Shown: positions 45,591-55,949, counted from the stretch's first letter. The stretch is 64,000 nt of DNA from Alphaproteobacteria bacterium (GCA_040263875.1 JBDQJI010000005.1:6496-70495), one strand, 5' to 3'. Translations and numbers: made by a program. Notes: generated by a model from the letters alone, not told the origin.

Positions 45591-48211
45591 CCTCGCGCTT
45601 TCAGCGTCTTCAAGGCCATTGTCAGGTCTTCGAAAGCCGTATTCACCTCATCAGCAAGCCGCTGCACACCGTCACCATCGCCAGTCTTGGCCATTGCCTC
45701 GATGTCCGCCAGGATGGTCGGCAATGTACGGGAGCCAATGTTGCCACTGGCGGATTTCAACGCGTGGGCATTGCGTCCAGCTGCTGTCAGATCGCCTACT
45801 TTCGCAGCCGCAGAAATATTTTCTGCTAGCGTCGGGGAGCTTTTCAGGAACGTATCGATCACCCGTTGCACCATCTTGTCACCATCACGTCCAACCTTGC
45901 GGAGGGATTGGATCACGTCATAGTCCAGCGCTTCCGGGAAGCCATCATCCGCGATGGCTGCAACGTGCGGCATTGCAGCTTGCTTTGCTTTGATCTCTGC
46001 GAGTGCTGGCGGTTCAACCACATCCTTCTTCACCCCAGCCCCGCCAAGTGTCGCCCGGACAGCGGCAGTCCGGTCAAGCTCTGGGCTAGGCGTAATTTTG
46101 TTTAGACGAATTGCATGCGGCTTCAGCATTTGGATCAGAGCTGCATTGGTGACCGGCTTCGCCAGGAAATCCGTCATTCCGGCTTCAAAACAGGCGTCGC
46201 GGTCCTCAGCAAATGCATTCGCAGTAACGGCGATGATGGGTGTGCGGCGCGCGCCGTCTTCCATTGCCCGGATCTGCCTAGTAGCTTCATAGCCATCCAT
46301 GATCGGCATTTGGCAATCCATCAGGATCAGATCAAAGGCTTGCTCAGCCGCCGCATCTGCAGCGGCCAGGCCATTTTCTGCAACCGTTACCGTACAACCA
46401 AGATCTTCCAGCAAGCCTTCCATCACGAGTACGTTTACCGGGTTATCTTCCGCCATCAGAATATTCAGATTGAGCGGCTCTAGCACGACTTCTGCTGCTT
46501 CAGAGCCACTGGCCAAGGCCTGCAACATGCCGCCAAGGTCCACATCCCCCAAGGGGCGCATCATCGCCCAATCGACGACATCGTTAAATTCATCAGCGAC
46601 CGGATCACTGCCAAAGTCTGTTAGAATGCAAAGCTCGGGCCGGGCGTCGCCAGATATTTTCAGCAACCGCGTGCGTAGTCGTTTCAAGCTCTGCTCATCA
46701 TCACCTGACGTAATGATGACGTCAGGAATCCGCTCACCAAGGCCAAGCGCGCCTTCAAGCATCGCTGCGGCCTGGGCCGCACCTTGCGCTTCTGCAGACT
46801 CAACCCCGCGCCGGGCAAGGCGCCCAAGCAGGGATTGCTGTTCATCTGGCGTTGCTTCGGCGGCCAGAACGAACAAACCGCTCTGAAGCACGGGTGGCTC
46901 CGCGACGACAATTGTTGCCGGGACAGACAACCGGAATGTCGATCCGCCCCGCTCAGACCGCACAAGCGTTACATCGCCGCCCATGCGCCGGGCCAAGTCA
47001 CGAGCAATCGCCAATCCAAGACCAGCACCGCCGAACTTCCGGCTCATAGAGCCATCACCCTGTTCGAAGCGTTCAAAGATGCGGTCTCGCGCGGCATCCG
47101 GCACACCAGGACCCGAATCATTAATATCGATATCGAGCCGCCCGTCGCTTTCCCCGCTACCCTCAATCCACTCAGCGGAAATCGCCACACTGCCGGTCGT
47201 CGTAAATTTGACGGCATTGCCAACCAAATTGACCACGACCTGGCGCACCCGGGCGGAATCACCGACAAGGCAATGCGGCAGATCAGGGTCCGGCATGGAG
47301 ACGATATGCAACCCCTTGCCGCTGGCGGATGGAGCAAAAGCGATTGCGATATCGTCCAGCATCACGGTCGGGTCATATTCGGTCTTTGCGACCGCGACTT
47401 CGCCTGATTCAATCTTTGCCAGATCGAGAATGCCGTTTAGAAGGTCCAGCAATGTCGTGCCAGATGCGCGGATTGTTGTGGCGTAATTCTGCTGGCGCGG
47501 CGTCAGGCCTGTATTCAGCATCAGGTCCATAGCACCAAGGATGCCATTCAGCGGCGTTCTGATCTCATGGCTCATCTTGGCCAGGAAGTCGGATTTCGCG
47601 TGATTGGCGCGCTCAGCTTCACGGCGGACGCGCTCAGCTTCTGCCAGCGAAACCTTCATGTTGGCGTAGGCGTCTTTGATCTCTGCCATCTGGTGCTCGA
47701 CATCATGGTCGAGCTTGCGGCGGCGCGCTTCCAACTCAATGTCCCGGTCCCTAAGGTCCGCAGACAAACGGTTAATCGCCGAGGCGACGGCGTTAGCGGC
47801 GACTGTTTGATAACGGCCAAGCTGGGGGTAATCCGACTGGCTGGCAGCCTCAAGGTCGGTCCGGAGCTTCAAAAATAGCTTGAGAGATTTGATCGCAGAT
47901 CGCCGGCCCCGGATCATCGCAATCGGTAACAGAAGCAACGCGGTAATCGCCGCAGATAATCCGGCAAGCCGCAATGTGTCAGCGACGGGCGGCATATGCT
48001 CACCCATCAAATAGGGCGCAGCCTGCAAGGTCACAAAGACCGCCAGGGCCAAAGACCCCAAGAGGGCAACGACCGTGAAGAGAGCACCAAAAAGTGCCCC
48101 ACCGCGATGAGGCGTGTTGCTTAGCGGTGCAGAGGGGCGTGCACGTTGCGGCGACAAGCGGACACTCGGGCCACCTGTCGGGTCTTCAATAGCGGATACA
48201 GTGTCAGGCAT
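45587..48211 (-). CDS. Hybrid sensor histidine kinase with two receiver domains and a C-terminal Hpt domain
   Basis: N-terminal TMs, H-box SHEIRTPLNGILG, HATPase (DSGPGVP, GAGLGLAIARDL), REC regions (LMAEDNPVNV ... LMDCQMPIMDGYEA) and Hpt (AHALKSASGNIG). Overlaps the downstream REC-HK by 4 nt. Confidence 0.85.
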   Translation of the reverse strand: MPDTVSAIEDPTGGPSVRLSPQRARPSAPLSNTPHRGGALFGALFTVVALLGSLALAVFVTLQAAPYLMGEHMPPVADTLRLAGLSAAITALLLLPIAMIRGRRSAIKSLKLFLKLRTDLEAASQSDYPQLGRYQTVAANAVASAINRLSADLRDRDIELEARRRKLDHDVEHQMAEIKDAYANMKVSLAEAERVRREAERANHAKSDFLAKMSHEIRTPLNGILGAMDLMLNTGLTPRQQNYATTIRASGTTLLDLLNGILDLAKIESGEVAVAKTEYDPTVMLDDIAIAFAPSASGKGLHIVSMPDPDLPHCLVGDSARVRQVVVNLVGNAVKFTTTGSVAISAEWIEGSGESDGRLDIDINDSGPGVPDAARDRIFERFEQGDGSMSRKFGGAGLGLAIARDLARRMGGDVTLVRSERGGSTFRLSVPATIVVAEPPVLQSGLFVLAAEATPDEQQSLLGRLARRGVESAEAQGAAQAAAMLEGALGLGERIPDVIITSGDDEQSLKRLRTRLLKISGDARPELCILTDFGSDPVADEFNDVVDWAMMRPLGDVDLGGMLQALASGSEAAEVVLEPLNLNILMAEDNPVNVLVMEGLLEDLGCTVTVAENGLAAADAAAEQAFDLILMDCQMPIMDGYEATRQIRAMEDGARRTPIIAVTANAFAEDRDACFEAGMTDFLAKPVTNAALIQMLKPHAIRLNKITPSPELDRTAAVRATLGGAGVKKDVVEPPALAEIKAKQAAMPHVAAIADDGFPEALDYDVIQSLRKVGRDGDKMVQRVIDTFLKSSPTLAENISAAAKVGDLTAAGRNAHALKSASGNIGSRTLPTILADIEAMAKTGDGDGVQRLADEVNTAFEDLTMALKTLKARG

Positions 48212-48338
48212 GCGAACCCTATTGAGATATCACCAAGCAAACGCCCAAACGCGATACAGTGCAGGCGAACTGGCTTATTAGAGCCCAATTCGGTTTAATG
48301 CCGCCCTAACCAAAGACGCTAAAAAGGATTGCAAGCCA

Positions 48339-49124
48339 ATGCCTCGCTTCGCCGCCAATCTTTCGATGATGTTCCAGGAGCATGAATTCCTGGACCGGTT
48401 TGCTGCAGCATCCGCCGCTGGGTTCAAAGGCGTTGAGTTCCTGTTTCCCTATGATTTCTCTATTGCGGATGTCCAAGACGCAGCGAAAAGCGCCGGTGTA
48501 GAGATCGCGCTCTTCAACCTACCACCAGGAGATTGGGAAAAGGCGGAACGTGGCTTGGCAGCAATGCCTGGACGTGAGGCCGATTTTGCCGACGCCTTGG
48601 ACAAAGCCATCAGTTACGCCGTTCCCCTTGGCTGTAAGCGTCTTCATATGATGGCTGGCATTCCAGGCGCCGATGCAGATCCGGCTCAATGCCGCGCGAC
48701 ATATGTCAGCAATTTGAAATACGCGGCACCGAAGCTTGCAGACGCTGGCCTGATGGGCCTGATTGAGCCAATCAACACCCGCGACATCCCCGGCTACTTC
48801 ATCAATTACCAGCAAGATGGCCATGATGTGCTGGCGAATGTGGGTGCCGACAACTTAATGGTCCAGATGGACTTTTATCACGTCCAGATTATGGAAGGCG
48901 ATATCGCGATGCGCTTCCAGAAACATCAGGCGGGCGTCGGCCATATTCAGATCGCCGGGTCGCCGGGTCGCCATGAGCCGGATGTTGGTGAAATCAATCA
49001 TCCTTATCTTTTCAAGATGCTGGATGATCTCGGTTATGATGGCTGGATCGGTTGTGAATACCGGCCTGCAGCAGGCACACTGGAAGGGTTGGCCCGGTGG
49101 GGTAGCGATTATGGCCTCGGTTGA
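48339..49124 (+). CDS. hyi: Hydroxypyruvate isomerase family (Hyi/OtnI-like TIM-barrel)
   Basis: [33 protein letters not shown] is the canonical Hyi N-terminus. Confidence 0.88.
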   Translation: MPRFAANLSMMFQEHEFLDRFAAASAAGFKGVEFLFPYDFSIADVQDAAKSAGVEIALFNLPPGDWEKAERGLAAMPGREADFADALDKAISYAVPLGCKRLHMMAGIPGADADPAQCRATYVSNLKYAAPKLADAGLMGLIEPINTRDIPGYFINYQQDGHDVLANVGADNLMVQMDFYHVQIMEGDIAMRFQKHQAGVGHIQIAGSPGRHEPDVGEINHPYLFKMLDDLGYDGWIGCEYRPAAGTLEGLARWGSDYGLG

Positions 49125-49383
49125 TTTCCAGAAAGACCGGCCCGCACTTGATCGCCAGACTTGGTATTGCGTGCATATTCTGGATGAGTTGAACGGTGCC
49201 CGCTCCCGCGGATTCCCGCCCGAATCCCGCCGCATCAACGACATGCTCACTTGGTCCGATAAGCGATCAAAAGGCCGCTGGACCGCAGAGCGAGATCACG
49301 ACGACACGCCGATTTTCTGGTTCGAGGACCAAACCGACGCCATCCAATTCTCTCTGAAATGGTTCCCCTTTAAATGCTTATGA
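49111..49383 (+). CDS. Small conserved hypothetical protein, possibly an NDUFS4-like 'ETC complex I subunit conserved region' protein
   Basis: Non-repetitive 90-aa ORF whose start overlaps the hyi 3' end by 14 nt. The [14 protein letters not shown] and [10 protein letters not shown] blocks loosely resemble the PLMGWT(S/G)S motif of bacterial NDUFS4-like proteins. This is recollection only. Confidence 0.35.
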   Translation: MASVDFQKDRPALDRQTWYCVHILDELNGARSRGFPPESRRINDMLTWSDKRSKGRWTAERDHDDTPIFWFEDQTDAIQFSLKWFPFKCL

Positions 49384-49393
49384 GGCCAAACTG

Positions 49394-50614
49394 ATGGTCA
49401 GACTTTCCGATATGACGGCGGATGATGCAGCGCATCTCCTGTCTAAGAATTGCCCCCGTTTTCCGGGTGAGCCATTCGTGGCCGGACCACCGTTGAAAAA
49501 CCGCCGCGTCGCGATCGTCACCACTGCCGGGTTACATCGAACGAGCGATACGGCGTTTGACCTGACCGATATTGGTTACCGGGTTATTCCTGGAAATGTC
49601 CAAGCGGCAGATCTGGCGATGAGCCACGCGTCAGTCAATTTCGACCGATCTGGCTTTCAGGATGACGTGAACGTGGTCTTCCCCATTGACCGGTTGCGCG
49701 AAATGAAGGCCGCGCGCGAAATTGGCTCCATGGCAGATTTCCACTACTCCGTCATGGGTGCGGGGTGGGAGCCCCATGAAATTGAGCCGACAGCACTGGC
49801 AATGGCAGCCCTCCTGCACCGGGACAATGTCGACGCCGCCCTACTCGTCCCCGTTTGACCAAACTGCACGCGCGCCGTGAGCGCGCTTGGGCATTTCCTC
49901 GAATCCGCCGGCATCGCGACAGCAGGTGTCAGCCTAGTGCGCGAAAATACGGAGCTAATGCAGCCGCCACGCGCGCTCTGGGTGCCGTTCGAGCTGGGCC
50001 GCCCCTTCGGCGCGCCCCATGCGCCGGACTTTCAGATGCGCGTGCTAAAGTCCGCATTGGCCCTGTTGGAGCGCACCGACGGGCCGGTCATTCTGGAGGA
50101 CTTTCCGGATGACGCACCTGACAGCGATAGTGCCGGATCACTCGTCTGCCCCGTCAATTTCCCGAAACCGCCCAATCCAAGCGAAAGCGACCTGCTGCGC
50201 GCAGTGCTAGCAGAAACGGCCAGCTTGGCACCCTGGCACGCGCTATTCATGGAAACCCATGGGCGGCGGAGCATTGCGACAGTCAGTGGCCTCGATATCG
50301 ACGCTGCTGCCCGCTATGCCGCAGCATTTTTGGAACCGGGAACAAATCCCGAGCCGCCTGACGGTAAGGACCAAGCCTCAACCCTCCGCTTTGCGATTGA
50401 GGACTTGCGCAATTGGCGGCTGGAGGCAATTACGGCGCAGCCAGGCCCCAAACCATCGTCAAAAGCCCTGGCCGATTGGTTCTGGGGGGAAACGGCGACG
50501 GGCACATTGGCGTTGGCGCTCCATCCCGTGCTGTTAGAAAGCGCCAACCCGCGCCTTCGCCAAGTCGGTGCAGGCCAGCTTGTCCCGCGGGCGCAACAAC
50601 ACAGGCTCGGCTGA
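49394..50614 (+). CDS. Candidate selenoprotein: one reading frame interrupted by a single in-frame TGA (49856..49858). Tentatively a GrdB/PrdB-like reductase B-component family member.
   Basis: The ORF track splits this into 49394..49858 and 49877..50614. Both halves are in the same frame (both starts are congruent to 2 mod 3) and are separated only by TGA plus 6 sense codons. The read-through sequence gives VPV-U-PNC (a U-x-x-C motif). A GAGG Shine-Dalgarno lies 8 nt upstream of 49394. The proposed GTG start of the second half lies inside the downstream hairpin loop and has no Shine-Dalgarno. Confidence 0.5.
49868..49888 (+). other. GC-rich hairpin (6-bp GCGCGC stem, loop CGUGA, extendable with one mismatch), a candidate bacterial SECIS-like element
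   Basis: The core stem g49870-c49875 / g49881-c49886 begins 11 nt after the A of UGA(49856..49858). The loop contains G-U. Confidence 0.4.
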
Positions 50615-50619
50615 ACGGT

Positions 50620-52047
50620 TTATGGCGTCATAGACGGTGCGCCAATGGTGAACCCGCGCGCCTGCTCATAAGCCCATGCGGCCCTAAGCGCCACATCTTC
50701 CGCACCGTAGCGGGCAACAAACTGGACGGAGAGCGGCAAGCCACCCTTGGTGAACCCGACAGGCACGGCGCAGGCGCACATCTCCGCCATGTTTACAGCG
50801 CGGGTAAAGAGCGCCGGCGTGGTTTTCTGGTCAATGGTATCAACGACAGGTGCCGGCGTAGCAGTTGTTGGCGTCAATAGAATATCCACATCCGCCATTG
50901 CCTGATGGAACGCCTGAATGCAGCGCTGCTGATCCCGCTTGGCGAGCAGGTAATCCTTCGATGTGATGCTTCGTCCGCTGGCGAGGCGTGGCCGCACGTC
51001 TTCATCAAGTGGCGCGTTTGGGTCATCTATCAGGTGGCTATAGTGGGCATAACCTTCTGCATAGATAATCTGACCAAGCGGGTCCGCCATATCCGCCAGC
51101 TTCTCTGGAAGCTCAATGGACACGACAGAGGCACCAGCCTTTTTCAGGACTTTCAGCGCTTCGTCATAGGCCGCCAGCACTTCAGCGTCGACGCCTGCCC
51201 GATCATGATCCGGCATCCGCGCAATACGCATGCCAGTAACACCGTGCTTTAGGGCAGGCATGGGATCGACATAGGTTGGCCGGTAGGTCAGCGGGTCATT
51301 CAAATCAGGGCCTGAGGTTGCGACATACAGCAGGGCTGCATCTTCAACAGACCGCGTCATTGGGCCTGGCGAATCTAAGCTTTCTGCAAGCGGCAGAACG
51401 CCATGAACGCTGATCCGACCGAGCGACGTTTTTAGCCCCACATGGCCGCACCACGCCGCGGGCAACCGCACGCTGCCGCCTGTATCTGTGCCGATGGCGG
51501 TAGTCGTAAATCCTGCTGCCGTCGCGACGCCGGAGCCTGAGCTCGATCCGCCGGGTGCGCGCTTTTCCGACTCATCCCATGGGTTCCAAGGTGTGCCGAG
51601 GCCTTTATTCGTGCCCCATCCACCCATCGCAAACTCGACCGTATGCGTCTTCCCGATGACGATCATCCCGGCCTTAAGCGCGCGTTCAGCCAAGGTTGCC
51701 GTGTATTTTGAAATACGGCCTTTGTTGGCCGCAGTCCCGCCCTTCGTTTCCCGGCCTTTGATCTCAATCAGATCTTTGAGGGCGATGGGGATGCCATGCA
51801 GCGGGCCAACCCGCCACCCGCCCTGGATCGCATCGGTCGCTGCGGCAGCCGCCTTGCGGGCGTCATCGGCGAATACTTCCGTGAACGCAGTCAATTGCGG
51901 CTCATATTGCTCGATCCGTTGAAGCTGGGCCTCAACAACGTCACTCGGGCTCAGATTGCCAGCGTCATAGGCGTCTCTCAGCGCATAAGCAGGCATGAAT
52001 GCGGGATTGGACTGATCATTTGACATAGTGGCGCTACCTCTTTGCAT
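50620..52047 (-). CDS. Amidase (amidase-signature family, GatA-like)
   Basis: Amidase-signature block GGSSSGSGVATAAGF ... GTDTGGSVRLPAA with the catalytic Ser-cisSer-Lys context. Confidence 0.9.
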   Translation of the reverse strand: MQRGSATMSNDQSNPAFMPAYALRDAYDAGNLSPSDVVEAQLQRIEQYEPQLTAFTEVFADDARKAAAAATDAIQGGWRVGPLHGIPIALKDLIEIKGRETKGGTAANKGRISKYTATLAERALKAGMIVIGKTHTVEFAMGGWGTNKGLGTPWNPWDESEKRAPGGSSSGSGVATAAGFTTTAIGTDTGGSVRLPAAWCGHVGLKTSLGRISVHGVLPLAESLDSPGPMTRSVEDAALLYVATSGPDLNDPLTYRPTYVDPMPALKHGVTGMRIARMPDHDRAGVDAEVLAAYDEALKVLKKAGASVVSIELPEKLADMADPLGQIIYAEGYAHYSHLIDDPNAPLDEDVRPRLASGRSITSKDYLLAKRDQQRCIQAFHQAMADVDILLTPTTATPAPVVDTIDQKTTPALFTRAVNMAEMCACAVPVGFTKGGLPLSVQFVARYGAEDVALRAAWAYEQARGFTIGAPSMTP

Positions 52048-52096
52048 TGGTTGGCAAAGAGGGTCGTGCGCCAGCCAGCGCCAGTCAAGCTAGCTG

Positions 52097-54283
52097 TTAT
52101 GCGGCACGCACTGTCGCCAGGAATTTTTCGACCTCGGTCTGCAAGGTGGCGGCCTGACCACCCAGTTCCTGTGCGGCATCAACAACCTGCTCAGCCGCAT
52201 TGCCGGTATCCAGGGCAGAACCACGCACTGAGGCAATGCTACGATCCACCTGACCCGAGGAGGAGGACGCGCCACCAGCGCTGGCCGCGATCCCTTGGGT
52301 GGCGATGCGTTGTTGGCCGACGGCAGCAGCGACGCTTTGAGAGGTCTCCCTCATCCGATCAATCGTTTCGCGGATATCGGCAATAGATGTTACGGCCACT
52401 TCAGTCGCCTGTTGGATGGAGCCAATCTGCGCCGCAATTTCGCCTGTAGCGTTCGTCGTCTGGGTCGCGAGCGATTTTACTTCAGCTGCGACAACGGCAA
52501 AGCCTTTACCGGCCTCACCAGCACGCGCGGCCTCAATGGTGGCATTCAGCGCCAATAGGTTGGTTTGCGCGGCGATATCTGAAATCAGGCTTACCACTTC
52601 ACCAATTTTTTTGGCCGCTGCACTCAGCGCTTCAACGGTTTCGCTGGTGTGGGCGGCTTTATCTGTCGCTACGTCAGCAATCCTGGATGATGCATCAACC
52701 TGTTGGGCGATCTCTGTAATCGATGCATTCAACTGGTCCGCCGATGTCGCCATGGAGCCGACCGACGCAGCAGCAGCTTCAGATGCCTCCGCAGCCCGAC
52801 TGGCTTCAGCGCCGGATGCCCGTGCCATGCCTGCCATGGATTGGGCAGAAACATGCAGTTCCTCGGATGCCGCATTGACGGCCTGAATGACCCCACCAAC
52901 CGTATTCTCAAACGCTTCTGATAGGCGGAGCTGCGTGGCACGCCGGCGCTCCATCTGCGCAGTTTCACGCTCCGCAACGGCCTCTTTCACTCGTTCGGCG
53001 TCAATCATGCTGGCACAGAAGGCCGCCGTCATCCTTGCCATGTCGCCAATCTCATCGCCGCGGTTCTGGCCAGGCGCATTCACCGTAAGGTCGCCTTCTG
53101 CCATTGCAGCCATCGCCGCCGTCAACTCGCGCTGCGGCCGGGTGAGCGAGCGGGAAATGAACACGGCGAGGATCAACAGCAATACGATCGCAACAGCAAG
53201 CGTTTGCAGAGATGCGATTGCAACAGCATTCGCGGCAGACATCGCCTCGGACAGCCTTTCGGTAGCGACGAAAGTCCAACTGGTATCCGCGAATTTGGCT
53301 TTCGCAGTGGCGATAAGCGCAGGTGCGCCAGAACGGTCAAAAGCACCGCCCATATGCGCTGGCGCTTCGCCAGCACGCAGCCATGCGCCGTTGGGTGCAG
53401 CTGTCAGGACATCTAGGACTTCCGGGTCGGCAAGATCGTTGCGCAGCAACTTGTCTTCGCCAAACACGAAAATATCACCTGTTGTCCCAAGCCCAGTGTC
53501 TTGCGCCGCGATCTCGCCAATAACACTGATAGGCAGCTGAAATGCTATAGCCCCGATCGCGGCCCCATTATTGTCCTCAACAAGGCGGGCCATGAAGGCA
53601 GACGGCGAGCTGGCAGATGGCTCATAGGGCGTGAAATCCTGGAACGCTGTATATTCGCCATCCTGCTTGGCCAGAACCTCCATGATGACCGTGCCTAAGG
53701 CTGTGCCCTTAAACGGGCCATCTTTGAGGCTTGTCGCAAAATCGGATTCTTTCCGGACCGAATAGATCATGTTCCCTGCTAGATCGAACAGGAAAACGTC
53801 ATAGTACCCGCTGGCTTCCTGCAGCTTGCGAAATTCCGGGTGATGCACGATATGCATCTCGTCATAGAACGGCAGGTTCCCGGACGCCCGCATTTTCTGC
53901 TTTTCACCAGCAGGTTAAGGATTTTGGGTAATAAAAGCCGACTGCAGCTCAGCGAACCTTGATACGCCCATAATGTTCCACGCCGCCGTGAAATCAGAGA
54001 TCGCCTGTAGCGTTGCAGGGCTTGTCGCCGTAATCGACAATGTGCGTTCGACGCCGCCAAGCCAGCGCGTCATAGAGACTGCCCGATCGCTTACGATTTC
54101 TACGACACGACGTTCGGCTTGATGCTTGATCGTCGATGAGGACGACAGATAGCCAGCTAACGTCGTCGCCCCAGCCGCCATGACGCCCACAGCACCAATA
54201 AGCATAGGTAGCTTGATAGAGAGTTTTAATTGCGCCAGCACAGCCCGATCCTCCGCATTCCGCAAAAACGGATCGCCCCTCAT
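52097..54283 (-). pseudogene. Methyl-accepting chemotaxis protein with a dCache-type sensor, interrupted by an in-frame TAA (53915..53917)
   Basis: Fragments 54283..53915 (TM1 plus the start of the sensor) and 53893..52097 (rest of Cache, TM2, HAMP, MCP signalling domain) share one frame. The junction reads FITQNP[12 protein letters not shown], whereas intact homologues read ...NPNPAGEK. Confidence 0.7.
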
Positions 54284-54364
54284 CCAATAAACGAGATGCA
54301 GTGTCGGTTGGAGCCGTTAAGGTGTGCTGAAGATCAATAGAAGAGCGCGCGTGGGATAGCCTGT

Positions 54365-54922
54365 TTACGCGTCCCCAGCCTTGTTTTGCCGCAGGATGAA
54401 CGGTGTTTGCGCAAGAAAGAACAACATCGTCAGGCCCATCAAGCCAAAGACTTTGAATGTCACCCAAAAATCCGTTGATTGAGTGCGCCAAACCACTTCA
54501 TTCAGCGCAGCTGTACCAATAAAGAACAGGCCGAAACGGAATGTCAGTGTGCGCCACGCAGCGTCGCTCAGGGTCCAGGCAGATTGCAGCATCGGCTTCA
54601 AGAAGGATTTCCCGAACGCTAAACCGCCGAGCAATACGCCTGCAAAAATAAGCTGGATAATTGTCGGCTTCATCTTGATGAAGGTCTCATCATTCAGCCA
54701 CAACGTCAGGCCGCCAAATACGCCAACGATGATTGCGGTCGTCAGCGGCATCCAGGGAACACGGCGCTCCATCACCAAGCCTAGAATGACGGCAATGGCC
54801 GTCGCCACCATCAACCAGACTGTGGCGGTCATCAGGTCACCGGTGAAGTACCCGGCCATAAAAGCGGCGATCGGACCATAATCGGTGAACGGCTTCAGCC
54901 AGGGCGGTGCGGGTTTGGACAT
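54365..54922 (-). CDS. yciB: Intracellular septation protein A (YciB/IspZ)
   Basis: LKPFTDYGPIAAFMAGYF ... 5-TM protein of 185 aa, the typical YciB signature. Confidence 0.88.
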   Translation of the reverse strand: MSKPAPPWLKPFTDYGPIAAFMAGYFTGDLMTATVWLMVATAIAVILGLVMERRVPWMPLTTAIIVGVFGGLTLWLNDETFIKMKPTIIQLIFAGVLLGGLAFGKSFLKPMLQSAWTLSDAAWRTLTFRFGLFFIGTAALNEVVWRTQSTDFWVTFKVFGLMGLTMLFFLAQTPFILRQNKAGDA

Positions 54923-54944
54923 GTTCTAAAAAACCTTTCGCCCT

Positions 54945-54982
54945 CAAAAATTAAAGCCGGAGAGCATAATGCTTCCGGCTTG
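54945..54982 (-). terminator. Rho-independent terminator downstream of the PilZ gene
   Basis: On the minus strand: AAGCCGGAAGCAUUAUGCUCUCCGGCUU hairpin (12-bp arms with one bulge) followed by UAAUUUUUG. Confidence 0.6.
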
Positions 54983-55031
54983 AAATGACCTTTCTTGGTC
55001 AGATGGTCAAGTCTTGCTTTGAAGTCTGTAG

Positions 55032-55400
55032 CTAAGCAGTAGCCAAACAATCGGGTGGGAGAAGATCGCTGTAGCGCTGTGCAACCGTTTCCGGCTCATC
55101 ACCGAACCGAATGCCAATGCTGTCTTTGCCTTCCCAGCATACTTCTGCTTCGAAGGCGCCAAGGCGGCCCAGAAGGAAGCGGCATGTGCCTTGCTGTTCT
55201 TTCAATTTCCCAACCGGACGCACCCGAACACCGCTAGCGGAAAGGTCTACGACCTGGCAGTCGATGCAGCCATCAGCCGTGTAGATCAGCCCCGATTCCA
55301 GAATTGGATAGCGGCGATATTGGCGCCGGTCAGCGCCATCACCCGCATCAAGCGGCAGAACATTTGATTGCGTTTCGGACGGCTCAAAAGACTCTTGCAT
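55032..55400 (-). CDS. PilZ-domain protein
   Basis: RRQYRRYPI ... DLSASGVRV matches the PilZ RxxxR ... D/NxSxxG c-di-GMP binding motifs. Start at MQESFEP. Confidence 0.65.
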   Translation of the reverse strand: MQESFEPSETQSNVLPLDAGDGADRRQYRRYPILESGLIYTADGCIDCQVVDLSASGVRVRPVGKLKEQQGTCRFLLGRLGAFEAEVCWEGKDSIGIRFGDEPETVAQRYSDLLPPDCLATA

Positions 55401-55472
55401 TAGCGTACCCTTACAGCGGCTGGAAGCGGCTTTTAGCAAGAAGACTATGGGCAGGAAATTATTGCTTTCAGG

Positions 55473-55949
55473 TTAAGCCTTCTGTGCTGTCCGCAACCCA
55501 ATGAGTGTTTTACGAAGCGCGGGCGGAACCGGCGGTTTCAAGGCATCCAGAAATAAGGCCAGGTTGGATGCTGCCAATCCATCCGCGTGATCTGGTGATA
55601 GCGCCCCTGCTTCGAATGGATCGGGCGCGGACGCAGCTACAGCCCGTTCTGCCGCCAACTCATCGGCTTTCGCAGCTTTATAGGCCGGTTCCGGGCCAGA
55701 TTTCAGCCGTCGGCGGACCAATCTACATTCAATGGCGGATTGAACGGCAGCTTTAGTGGCACTGGTATAAGCGGCAATGTCCGATTGAGAGAGGCGGCGG
55801 CCTTCAGTCGAGGCAGCGAGCGCCCAAAGCACCGCCATAACGTCACCGCCATGGGAATCTTGTATTGTGAGCAGCGCATCTTGCGCACCCGGAACCGCAT
55901 ATAGGTTCAATGCGAAAGCCCAAAACGCCTGGTTATTTCCACAATTCAT
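55473..55949 (-). CDS. Conserved hypothetical protein (TIGR02444/DUF2390-like)
   Basis: FWAFALNLYAVPGAQDALLTIQDSHGGDVMAVLWAL resembles that proteobacterial family as I remember it. No catalytic motifs. Confidence 0.45.
   Translation of the reverse strand: MNCGNNQAFWAFALNLYAVPGAQDALLTIQDSHGGDVMAVLWALAASTEGRRLSQSDIAAYTSATKAAVQSAIECRLVRRRLKSGPEPAYKAAKADELAAERAVAASAPDPFEAGALSPDHADGLAASNLALFLDALKPPVPPALRKTLIGLRTAQKA

Noticed and set aside
49877-50614. Independent gene starting at GTG 49877
   Set aside because: No Shine-Dalgarno. The GTG lies in the loop of a strong hairpin. The frame is continuous with the upstream ORF through one TGA, so read-through is preferred but unproven.
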